Shown here in pieces: positions 28,220-38,100 of a stretch of 64,000 nt of DNA (the stretch's first letter is position 1; each line of letters starts with the position of its first letter). Where the stretch lies: assembly GCA_965230295.1 (NCBI GenBank), contig OZ246001.1, positions 3,872,001 to 3,936,000 on the forward strand. The letters run 5' to 3'. The position numbers were made by a program, and so were the translations under genes. The DNA is from Marinicella sp. (GTDB taxonomy: Bacteria; Pseudomonadota; Gammaproteobacteria; Xanthomonadales; Marinicellaceae). The notes under the pieces are model-generated. The model had not been told where the DNA came from. It did no database searches and saw only the letters and a program-made list of their open reading frames with translations.

Positions 28220-30229
28220 TTAAATCTTTATGTGTTGCTCAACCAATTCAATGATTCGGGCAAATACTTCATCGATGCTTAATTCACTGGTATCAATGAC
28301 AAAAGCATCTTCTGCGGGTACCAAAGGTGCCACTTTTCGGGTCGAATCCCTGTAATCACGGGCTTCGATGTCCTTCAGAAGGTCGCGGATTTTAACATCA
28401 TCACCTTTCTCATGCAATTGTTTGTGACGTCTTTTCGCCCTTTCTTCGGCCGATGCGGTCAAAAACACCTTCAAAGGTGCATTTTTAAACACCACAGTCC
28501 CCATATCACGCCCATCAGCCACCAAGCCAGGTGCTTTTCTGAAATCCTTTTGACGTTGCATCAATGCAGCCCTAACTGCTGGTATGGGAGCCACTTTTGA
28601 GGCCATCCCCCCGCAGGCTTCACTGCGCAAATCGTTATTGACCACTTCACCATCTAATAAAATTTGGGTACCCCTTTTTGAATCAACAGAGAAATTTAAG
28701 TCAAGGTTTTGTGCCAATGAAATGAGCGCCTCATGATTTTCAGATGCAATGCCCTCTTTCATGGCTTTGAGTGCCAAAGATCGATAAATAGCACCAGAAT
28801 CCAATAAATGCCAGCCAAGTTCTTTTGCAATCAAGGCACTGGTGGTTCCTTTGCCCACTCCAGAAGGCCCATCAACGGTAATGACCGGTATGGGTTGATT
28901 GACTTGTATGCCTAAAGATTCAACCAAGCCAAAAAATTCAGGAAATGAAGTCCCAATGTTATGACAGCCCTTAACGGCAATTTCAGCTTCAGGGCTCAGT
29001 GCGCCAGCCAATAAAAAGCTCATGGCACAACGGTGATCACCATGACCATCGACAAGGCCACTGGATAATTGGCCACCTCTGATAATGGCACCATCTGGCA
29101 GCTCTTCGCAATCTACACCCAACAATGACAAACCATCCAGCATCACTGTGATGCGATCACTCTCTTTATGACGCAATTCTTCTGCACCAGTGAGTTGAGT
29201 TTGTCCGGTCGCCAATGCCGCTGCAACGAACAATATAGGAAACTCATCAATGGCGCTGGGAATCAGGTCATGAGGTATATCTATCCCCTTTAATTTTGAT
29301 GACTGAACTTGAATATCTGCCACCGGTTCACCGGCCTGATTTTTTACATTGTGTAAAGTCAAGCGCCCACCCATGGCTTGTAAGATTTTGATCACACCAT
29401 CTCGTGTCGGATTGATGCTGACATTTTGTAAGGTGAAATCGGCATTGGGGTGACATAAGCCCAAAACCATGAAAAAGGCAGCTGAAGAAATGTCTGCAGG
29501 CACCACAATGTCTTGTGCCAGTAACTGCGGCTGACCCGAAACGCTGACTGTCAGACCATCCACTGAAACCTGACAACCAAAACCTTGTAACATCGTTTCT
29601 GTGTGGTCTCTGGATTTTTTCGGTTCAGTCACTGTGGTAACGCCATTGGCATACAAACCAGCAATCATCACTGCCGATTTGACTTGAGCACTGGCGATTG
29701 GACTGTCATAACTGATGCTGTTGATGTTTTGCTGGCCAGTGAATCTCAAAGGGGCTTTGCCCTCATTGGATTCTATTTCAGCACCCATTGAAGTCAGTGG
29801 ATTAATCACCCGCCCCATAGGCCTGGCAGACAAGGACTCATCACCGACCAATGTGCTGTTGAATTTTTGTGCAGACAACAAGCCAGCCAATAATCGCATG
29901 GCTGTTCCCGCATTGCCACAATCTAAATCTTTGCCAGGCGTTTGTAAGCCATGTAAGCCGACTCCCTGGATTGTCAGGACATCGCCATGGTCTATGATGT
30001 TTACCCCCATGTCCTGGAGTATTTGCATGGTGGCCAGACAGTCTTCAGAACGCAAGAAACCTTTCACCCGGGTATCACCTTTGGCTATTGACCCAAAGAT
30101 AATGGAACGGTGTGATATGGATTTATCGCCAGGCACAGTGAATTCACCACTTAAGGCTGCTTGGTGAGACAAGCTGAACACATCGAGCGCATCGATGGTT
30201 GAATGTTTTGGGTTCATCGAATCAACCAC
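28220..30229 (-). CDS. aroA-cmk: Bifunctional EPSP synthase / cytidylate kinase fusion
   Basis: PGDKSISHRS, CGNAGT, ELRHKESDRI, GDHR, then VITVDGPSGVGKGT, LDSGAIYR, DGRDMGT in one ORF. Confidence 0.95.
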   Translation of the reverse strand: MVDSMNPKHSTIDALDVFSLSHQAALSGEFTVPGDKSISHRSIIFGSIAKGDTRVKGFLRSEDCLATMQILQDMGVNIIDHGDVLTIQGVGLHGLQTPGKDLDCGNAGTAMRLLAGLLSAQKFNSTLVGDESLSARPMGRVINPLTSMGAEIESNEGKAPLRFTGQQNINSISYDSPIASAQVKSAVMIAGLYANGVTTVTEPKKSRDHTETMLQGFGCQVSVDGLTVSVSGQPQLLAQDIVVPADISSAAFFMVLGLCHPNADFTLQNVSINPTRDGVIKILQAMGGRLTLHNVKNQAGEPVADIQVQSSKLKGIDIPHDLIPSAIDEFPILFVAAALATGQTQLTGAEELRHKESDRITVMLDGLSLLGVDCEELPDGAIIRGGQLSSGLVDGHGDHRCAMSFLLAGALSPEAEIAVKGCHNIGTSFPEFFGLVESLGIQVNQPIPVITVDGPSGVGKGTTSALIAKELGWHLLDSGAIYRSLALKAMKEGIASENHEALISLAQNLDLNFSVDSKRGTQILLDGEVVNNDLRSEACGGMASKVAPIPAVRAALMQRQKDFRKAPGLVADGRDMGTVVFKNAPLKVFLTASAEERAKRRHKQLHEKGDDVKIRDLLKDIEARDYRDSTRKVAPLVPAEDAFVIDTSELSIDEVFARIIELVEQHIKI

Positions 30230-31337
30230 AAACCTGTTTCATGACCTGAATCATGCGTTGCATTTCCGCCTCTGTACCAATGGTGATCCGCAAACAATTG
30301 GGTAAACCATAATTGGCCACAGGTCTGGTTATCACGCCCAGTTCCAGCATTTTTTGATAAATGGGCATGGCGTCCTGAGCGAAATCAACCAGCAGGAAGT
30401 TGCCTTTGGAAGGTACATAACGCAACCCCAATTTATCACAAGCATTCGCCAGCATGCTCATGCCGACCGCATTGACTTGCATCGATTGGTCCAAAAACGC
30501 TTCATCACCCAAAGCAGCTGTGGCAGCAGCCAAGGCCAATGAGTTGACATTGAAGGGTTGTCTGATTCGATTCAAAACATTCGCAATATCGGGGTTACTC
30601 AAGCAGTAACCCACCCTGAAACCTGCCAAGCCATAAGCCTTGGAAAAAGTTCGGGTGATCACCAAATTATCAAACTCTTTGAGCCATTCAGATCCATCCA
30701 CCCGCTCATCCTTTGGCGAATACTCTAAGTATGCCTCATCCAAAACCACAATGATGTCATTGGGTACGCTTTGGATGAAGTCATGTAATTCATCTTTACC
30801 TAAGAACGAACCCGTTGGGTTATTCGGATTGGCAATAAAAATCAAACGAGTCTTGTCGTTGATGGCGGCTTTCATGGCCGGCAAATCACAGCCCAAAGGC
30901 CGCTCTGATTCCCACGGCGTAGCCGCAATCATTTGGTGCTCAGCGCCCACGGCCTGAATCGCAATGGGATAAACAGCAAAACTGTATTGTGAGTAGATGG
31001 CACTGTGCTCAGGCGTTAAGTAAGCTTCAGCCAATAACACCAATACATCGTTTGAACCATTTCCTAGGGTGATACAGTCCATATCCACATCGTGCTTTTT
31101 GGCCAAGGCCTTTTTCAACTCAAAACCATTACCATCAGGGTACAAAGCCAGCTCACTCATTTCTTTTTCAATGGCTTGCATGGCTTTAGGACTGGGGCCC
31201 AATGGGTTTTCATTGGATGCCAGTTTGATGATGTTATCAATACCCAACTCACGTTCCAATTCAGAGATTGGTTTTCCAGGTATGTAAGGGTTGAGTTTTT
31301 GCACGCCGGGAACGGCCATTTTTTTGAAATCGGTCAT
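30222..31337 (-). CDS. hisC: Histidinol-phosphate aminotransferase
   Basis: KLASNENP, NPNNPTG, DEAY, RTFSKAYGLAG. Confidence 0.95.
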   Translation of the reverse strand: MTDFKKMAVPGVQKLNPYIPGKPISELERELGIDNIIKLASNENPLGPSPKAMQAIEKEMSELALYPDGNGFELKKALAKKHDVDMDCITLGNGSNDVLVLLAEAYLTPEHSAIYSQYSFAVYPIAIQAVGAEHQMIAATPWESERPLGCDLPAMKAAINDKTRLIFIANPNNPTGSFLGKDELHDFIQSVPNDIIVVLDEAYLEYSPKDERVDGSEWLKEFDNLVITRTFSKAYGLAGFRVGYCLSNPDIANVLNRIRQPFNVNSLALAAATAALGDEAFLDQSMQVNAVGMSMLANACDKLGLRYVPSKGNFLLVDFAQDAMPIYQKMLELGVITRPVANYGLPNCLRITIGTEAEMQRMIQVMKQVCG

Positions 31338-31466
31338 GGTTTTGAGGTGTTTTTAATGAAGTCGATATTGTGCCCATTCAAGGGCTATAAAGCAAGCCAG
31401 GGGTGCTTATTATGCTTATATTTTATGTGGTATATGACATAACCATTAATCACTTTTAACCAATGT

Positions 31467-31480
31467 TTGACTGAGGTCAA
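31467..31480. promoter_or_regulatory. FNR-family binding site upstream of hemN
   Basis: TTGACtgagGTCAA perfect 5-4-5 palindrome; -10 TACAAT at 31502-31507. Confidence 0.8.
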
Positions 31481-31540
31481 GAACATTCGGACTGAATTCA
31501 ATACAATAAGCCTCACTGAAATAACTTTAATACCAAATTC

Positions 31541-32932
31541 ATGACCCATTCAAATGTTAGTTTTGATTTAGATTTGATTAAAAAATACAACCTGACAGGA
31601 CCCCGTTATACATCTTATCCAACAGCGGTTGTTTTCAACGATGCTTATCGTGAAGGTAATCACAAACAGAATTTACTGGACCACTTTGAGCCTTCAAAAG
31701 ATCAACCCTTGTCTTTGTATTTTCACATTCCGTTTTGTGACACCCTGTGCTTCTTTTGTGCCTGCAACAAAATTGCCACCAAGAAAAGAGACAAAGCCGA
31801 CATTTATTTGGATTACCTGGAAAAAGAAATACAAATGCAGGCCGCATTGATCCCGGAATCACGTGTGGTTGAACAAATGCACTTGGGTGGGGGCACACCC
31901 ACATTTTTAACCCACCCACAGATGAAACGCCTGATGGCAATGATCGAAAAGCATTTCAACCTGTTGCATGATGACCGACGTGATTATTCGATTGAAATTG
32001 ATCCCAGGGAAGCGGCTCCGGAAACCATCCAATTGCTGACCGATCTGGGTTTCAATCGCTTTTCTATGGGAGTGCAAGATGTACAGGAAAAAGTCCAAAA
32101 AGCCGTCAATCGCATTCAGCCCATTGCATTGACAGAGCAAGCCATAAACAGGTGTCGTCAAAATGGGGCCAAATCGATCAATGTGGATTTGATTTATGGT
32201 TTACCTCATCAAACGTACGCATCATTCAAAAATACGCTGGCTCAAGTCATTGAGCTGTCACCTGATCGCCTCTCAGTGTTTAACTACGCTCATTTGCCAC
32301 ATTTATTCATGCCACAAAAACGCATTCTAGAAGCGGATTTGCCTTCGGCTGATGAAAAGTTGAAGATTCTGCAGATGACCACAGAAGACCTCACAGCAGC
32401 AGGCTATGTTTACATTGGTATGGATCATTTTGCCAAACCAGATGATGAGTTGGCCATCGCACAACAAAACGGCAGCTTGCAACGAAATTTTCAAGGTTAC
32501 ACCACCCATGCTGAATGTGACTTATTGGCCATGGGCGTCAGCTCAATCAGTTTAATCAATGACTGTTTCAGTCAAAATAACAAAACCCTGGAAGCCTATT
32601 ACCAACAAATTGAATTGGGTGAGATCCCCATCATGAAAGGCTACCAGCTCAATCAGGATGATCGCATTCGCAGACAAGTCATCCAGGATTTGTCCTGTCA
32701 TTTTGAGTTGGACTTCAATCGCATAGCTGACCAGTTTGGCATCAATTTCAACAATTATTTTGCCGAAGAACTAGGACAACTCAACGCCTTCATCACCGAT
32801 GGTTTAATTACTTTTGAGGACAAACACATCAAAGTGACCAATAAAGGGCGGTTATTGACCAGAAACATATGCATGGTGTTTGATTACCACCTAAAACAAC
32901 AAACCCAACAACAGTTCTCAAAAGTGATATAG
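31541..32932 (+). CDS. hemN: Oxygen-independent coproporphyrinogen III oxidase
   Basis: GPRYTSYP, HIPFCDTLCFFCAC radical-SAM motif, GGGTPT, RNFQGY. Confidence 0.98.
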   Translation: MTHSNVSFDLDLIKKYNLTGPRYTSYPTAVVFNDAYREGNHKQNLLDHFEPSKDQPLSLYFHIPFCDTLCFFCACNKIATKKRDKADIYLDYLEKEIQMQAALIPESRVVEQMHLGGGTPTFLTHPQMKRLMAMIEKHFNLLHDDRRDYSIEIDPREAAPETIQLLTDLGFNRFSMGVQDVQEKVQKAVNRIQPIALTEQAINRCRQNGAKSINVDLIYGLPHQTYASFKNTLAQVIELSPDRLSVFNYAHLPHLFMPQKRILEADLPSADEKLKILQMTTEDLTAAGYVYIGMDHFAKPDDELAIAQQNGSLQRNFQGYTTHAECDLLAMGVSSISLINDCFSQNNKTLEAYYQQIELGEIPIMKGYQLNQDDRIRRQVIQDLSCHFELDFNRIADQFGINFNNYFAEELGQLNAFITDGLITFEDKHIKVTNKGRLLTRNICMVFDYHLKQQTQQQFSKVI

Positions 32933-32950
32933 TGGTTATTTAAATCACAA

Positions 32951-33640
32951 ATGCACCTGATGCTCAAAAGTTTAGTCTTCTTAGTGCTCTATTTATACAT
33001 GCAGGGCTGCGGGTTTTATTCCAACGATGGTGAAGTGGTATCTGATGGTCTGACCCAATGCAGTGTCATTTCTGAAGGGCTGCAATCATGTACAATCAAA
33101 CGTTTTGATTGTGAGGGTGAATTAAAAACATACCATGACATCGAAGGTGATACTGAAGTTTCATTCATTGATATGGTGCGAATGGAAGTGACCTCTGCTG
33201 AAGATTGTCTGGCAATGACCATCACTGTTGCATCCCTGCCTGAACAACTGACCATCAATCATGCACCCTTGAAACCATATCATAACAATTTCTCTTGGCA
33301 TGGTTTTTTCGATATAGACAATGACAAAAAGCACTCAAAGGGTGATTTAATCATAGGCATTCATCAAGATAAATTAAGCGATCAACCTGCATCGAGTGAA
33401 GCCATTGACGCCATTGGTTTGGCTTCTTTGGCTGAGGTTGAGTCAGTTGGGATAAATGGTCAACCACAAATGGCTACCCGCGTATTTTTTAATCACTCAG
33501 TTGTTAAGAATTCATTTTATTTGTTGCTACCGAAATCGCTACATCCGAACTTGAGTAAGATCAGCCAATCTACAAAAATTCAGTTTTTCAGCCGTTATAA
33601 TGATGGCTTAGAATCACACACTGATCATTATTCAGACTAA
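32951..33640 (+). CDS. Hypothetical lipoprotein
   Basis: 229 aa ORF 18 nt after hemN; hydrophobic N-terminus ending in MQGC; fills the gap to convergent gltD. Confidence 0.6.
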   Translation: MHLMLKSLVFLVLYLYMQGCGFYSNDGEVVSDGLTQCSVISEGLQSCTIKRFDCEGELKTYHDIEGDTEVSFIDMVRMEVTSAEDCLAMTITVASLPEQLTINHAPLKPYHNNFSWHGFFDIDNDKKHSKGDLIIGIHQDKLSDQPASSEAIDAIGLASLAEVESVGINGQPQMATRVFFNHSVVKNSFYLLLPKSLHPNLSKISQSTKIQFFSRYNDGLESHTDHYSD

Positions 33641-33662
33641 TAAATACTTTAGCCATATGAGT

Positions 33663-35126
33663 TTAAGGACCAGATAAATCTCCAGGGCCTTTTTTCGGTA
33701 ATTGAGAAGACCCCATCAAGTAACCATCAATTTGATGTGCCAATTCCCGGCCTTCTGAGATTGCCCAAACAATCAATGATTGACCACGGCGACAATCGCC
33801 AGCAGCAAAAATACCGCGATCGACCAGATAGTCACGATCATTGGCAGCAAACAAATCACGATCATTCAATGGTGTCTTGAGGCTGTCAGCCAGCTTGACT
33901 TGGGTTCCTGTGAAACCCATGGCCAACAACACCATATCACATGGCCATTCACGTTCAGTATCCGGTATTTCTATCAATTGCCATTGGCCACTCTGGTTGG
34001 TCCACTCCACCCCCACTGTTCTCAAAGCTGTCAAGTGGCCTTGGTCATCACCGATAAAGGCTTTGGTCGTGATGCTCCAATTCTGCTCAACACCTTCTTG
34101 CTGTGAACTGCTCACACGCAGTTTCATGGGCCAATATGGCCAAGGTTGTTCAACGGGACGATCCACCGGTGGTTTGGGCATGATTTCAAAACTCACCACA
34201 GACTCTGCACCCTGCCGAATGGCGGTTCCCATACAATCCGAGCCAGTATCACCACCACCGATGACGATTACTTTTTTATTTTTGGCCAACAGTTCTTGGT
34301 TGGCCTCAGTTTCATTGGCAACACATTGGTTGTTGTGAGATAAAAATGTCATTGCCTGGTATATGCCAGTCAAATCACGCCCCGAGATGGTCAGGTCCCT
34401 ACTTTGATTGGCACCGGCACACACTGCTGTGGCGTCAAATTGTTCTTGCAAGAATTCAGCTGAGACATCCACACCCACTTCGGTGTCACAGATGAAATCA
34501 ATGCCGGCTGCCATCAACAATGCCAAGCGCCGGTCAATCACTGACTTTTCTAGTTTGAAATCCGGGATGCCATACCGCAGCAAGCCACCAGCTTGATGGT
34601 CTTTTTCAAAAACAGTCACTAAATGCCCAGCACGATTCAGTTGTTCAGCGGTTGCCAAGCCTGCAGGTCCAGAGCCAATAACGGCCACTTTTTTTCCAGT
34701 TCTGCTGATGGGTTGATCAACTTTGATGTATTGATTTTCAAAAGCATGCTCTACAATATTTTTTTCTATGTTTTCAATGGTCACCGGGTCGCTGTTGATG
34801 TTCAACACACAAGCTTCTTCACAGGGTGCAGGACACAATCGTCCTGTGAATTCAGGAAAATTGTTAGTTTGATGCAGTATTTCACTGGCTTTTTGCCAAT
34901 GTCCTTTGTGTACCGCATCATTGAAATCCGGAATCAGATTACCTAAAGGACAACCACTGTGGCAAAAAGGTATGCCACAATTCATGCACCGCGCGCCCTG
35001 TTGTTCCAGTTCCTTGTGGTGTAACGGTATGGTGAATTCTCGGTAATTCAAAATTCGATCTTCAACATCCTGATGAGATTCGGTTTTCCTTGTGTAGTCG
35101 AGAAATCCTGTGATTTTACCCATCAC
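33663..35126 (-). CDS. gltD: Glutamate synthase small subunit
   Basis: RCMNCGIPFC, CPAPCE, GSGPAG, GGGDTGSDC, AGDCRRGQSL. Confidence 0.97.
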   Translation of the reverse strand: MMGKITGFLDYTRKTESHQDVEDRILNYREFTIPLHHKELEQQGARCMNCGIPFCHSGCPLGNLIPDFNDAVHKGHWQKASEILHQTNNFPEFTGRLCPAPCEEACVLNINSDPVTIENIEKNIVEHAFENQYIKVDQPISRTGKKVAVIGSGPAGLATAEQLNRAGHLVTVFEKDHQAGGLLRYGIPDFKLEKSVIDRRLALLMAAGIDFICDTEVGVDVSAEFLQEQFDATAVCAGANQSRDLTISGRDLTGIYQAMTFLSHNNQCVANETEANQELLAKNKKVIVIGGGDTGSDCMGTAIRQGAESVVSFEIMPKPPVDRPVEQPWPYWPMKLRVSSSQQEGVEQNWSITTKAFIGDDQGHLTALRTVGVEWTNQSGQWQLIEIPDTEREWPCDMVLLAMGFTGTQVKLADSLKTPLNDRDLFAANDRDYLVDRGIFAAGDCRRGQSLIVWAISEGRELAHQIDGYLMGSSQLPKKGPGDLSGP

Positions 35127-38100
35127 CCCACCTCCTTCATTCTTTGTTCAGATTCAATCTTCCGTAAGGCTTGTCGGTATTCTTCAGGCATCACATATAC
35201 AAAATGATTGATTGATTCTGACCAATTGGCCAGTATTTTTTTGGCCAAGACACTTTGGGTGTGCCTGGTGTGTTTTTTGAGCAATGATTTCAACTGTTGG
35301 GCACCTTTTTGATCAACTGTTTCAAGGTTCAACGCCCCTTCGGCACACTGACGACCTAGTTTATTTTTGGGGTCATACACATAAGCCACGCCACCTGACA
35401 TCCCAGCCCCAAAATTACGACCCACTGAACCCAGGACCACAACCGTCCCTCCAGTCATGTATTCACACCCATGGTCGCCGATGCCTTCAACCACTGCAGT
35501 CGCACCTGAATTTCTGACCGCAAATCGTTCACCAGCCATGCCATTGATATAAACTTCACCGGCTGTGGCGCCATACAATGTCACATTGCCAGTGATGACG
35601 TTTTCATGAGGAATGATTGGACTGGCTGAAGGTACTTTGACGATGATTTTGGCACCGCACAGCCCTTTGGCCAGATAATCATTGGTATTGCCTTCAACCT
35701 CCATGGTTACCCCATGGGTGGCAAATGCCGCAAAACTTTGCCCCGCAGATCCTTTGAATGTGATGTTTAAGGTGTTTGCCGGCAAACCTTGCGAGCCATG
35801 GATTTTTGAAATTTCATTGCTGAGAATGGCACCAACAGCCCGATTGGTGTTGTTGATAGGGTAAGTCAGCTTGGTTTTTTCTTTTCTGAATAAAGCCATA
35901 TGAGCTTGGGCAATGATGTCAAAATCAATGGCTGTCTCCAATTCATGGTCCTGTTGATCGCTGCCAAAGAGGGTTTGGTCACCAGTTACTTTGGCTTGAA
36001 ACAGGATTGGAGATAAATCCAAGCCCATGGTATGTTGCTTGTCTTTGATCAACTGCCGGTCCAGCTTATGTACTTGACCCACCATCTCATCAACAGTCCT
36101 GAAGCCCAAAGAAGCCATGATTTCACGCAATTCTTCTGCCACAAAATACATGTAATTAACCACATGTTCCGGTTTGCCATTGAATTTTTTTCTTAATTCA
36201 GGGTTTTGAGTGGCTATGCCAACTGGGCAAGTGTTTAAATGGCAGGCTCGCATCATAACGCAACCGGATGCCACCAAAGGCGCAGTAGCAAAACCAAACT
36301 CTTCTGCTCCCAATAAACAAGCCACAGCAACATCTCGACCTGTTTTCAGCTGACCATCACATTCAAGTTTCACCCGGTTTCTTAAATCATTGGCAACCAG
36401 GGTTTGTTGTGCTTCAGCCAGTCCTAACTCCCATGGGAGGCCTGCATGCTTGAGTGAAGTCAACGGGGCAGCTCCTGTACCCCCATCAAACCCAGAAATT
36501 AATATGACATCGGCTTTGGCTTTAGAGACACCAGCAGCCACGGTACCGATGCCTACTTGAGAAACCAGTTTTACGTTGATTCTGGCAGATCGATTGGCTG
36601 ACTTCAGATCGTAAATTAACTGAGACAAGTCTTCTATTGAGTAAATGTCATGGTGTGGAGGTGGTGAAATCAAACCCACATAGGGTGTGGAATTCCTGGT
36701 GGCAGCAATTTCATGGTTAACCTTAGAACCAGGTAACTGTCCCCCTTCCCCTGGTTTGGCGCCTTGTGCCATCTTGATTTGTACCTCTGCAGCATGGGTT
36801 AAATAGTTTGAAGTTACCCCAAAGCGACCGGAAGCCACTTGCTTGATTGCTGAGTTTTTCCAATCACCACTGGGATTATGGAAGAAGCGGTGTTCATTTT
36901 CACCCCCTTCTCCAGAATTGCTTTTGCCCCCAATTCGATTCATGGCAATCGCCAGATTTTCATGGGCCTCTTGTGAAATGGAACCATAAGACATGGCACC
37001 AGTTTTGAACCTCTTGACAATTTCCGTCCATGGTTCAACTTCTGCCAATGGAATCGGATCTAAATCAGTGAATGTCAGCATGCCCCTGATGGTCATCAAG
37101 GATGCACTCTGCTGGTTGATCAATTCAGCATACTGCTGATAGTGTTCTTGACTGTTACTCCTCACAGCCTGTTGTAATTTAGCCACGGTCATTGGATTGA
37201 ATTGGTGTTTCTCTCCATGCCTGCGCCAACGATAATCTCCACCTGGATCCAGCTGGGATTGGCTTTTATGGCTGGCTCCAAAAGTCATGTCATGGTATTT
37301 TCTCAAAGTACCTTCTATTTCATACAAACCGATGCCTTCAACCCGGGTGGTGGTGCCGGGAAAATATTTATCAACCGTTTTACGGTCTATACCCACGCAT
37401 TCAAAAATTTGTGATCCACGGTAAGAATTCAATGTGGAAATACCTATTTTATTCATCACTTTAAGCAAGCCCTTACCGACAGCCGTGTTGTAATTCTCAA
37501 CCGCCTGCTGATAGTCGATCGACGGCAACTCATCTGTATCGATCAATTCGGCAATGATGTCATTGACAATATATGGGTTGATGGCACTGGCTCCATAAGC
37601 AAACAACATGGCAAAGTGATGCACTTCTCTGGGTTCAGCTGATTCAATGATCACACTGCATTGCGACCTTAAGCCCATTTCATGTAACCCATTGTTGAGG
37701 TATGAACAGGCCAATAATGCCGGAATCGGTGACCATTGTTCATCGGCTTGCCGATCTGACAGAATGATGATGTTGTGGCCTGAATCTATGGCAGTTGCAC
37801 CTGCCTTGACCATTTCATCTAAAGCCAGTTCTAATCCATTCATGCCTTTGATTGATTCATAAAGTATGGGCACAGTTTTGGCTTTTAACCCATCAACATC
37901 ATGGGTTTTGATTTTGTGCAAGTCACGTTTTGAAATGACTGGGTTACTGATTTTCAGTTTTCTACAATGTAAAGGATCAGTGTTGAATATGTTTTGATCA
38001 GCTCCCAGGGTTAAACTGATGTCAGTCACTAACTTTTCCCTGATCCCATCCAAAGGAGGATTGGTCACCTGAGCAAACAATTGGATGAAATAGTTATACA

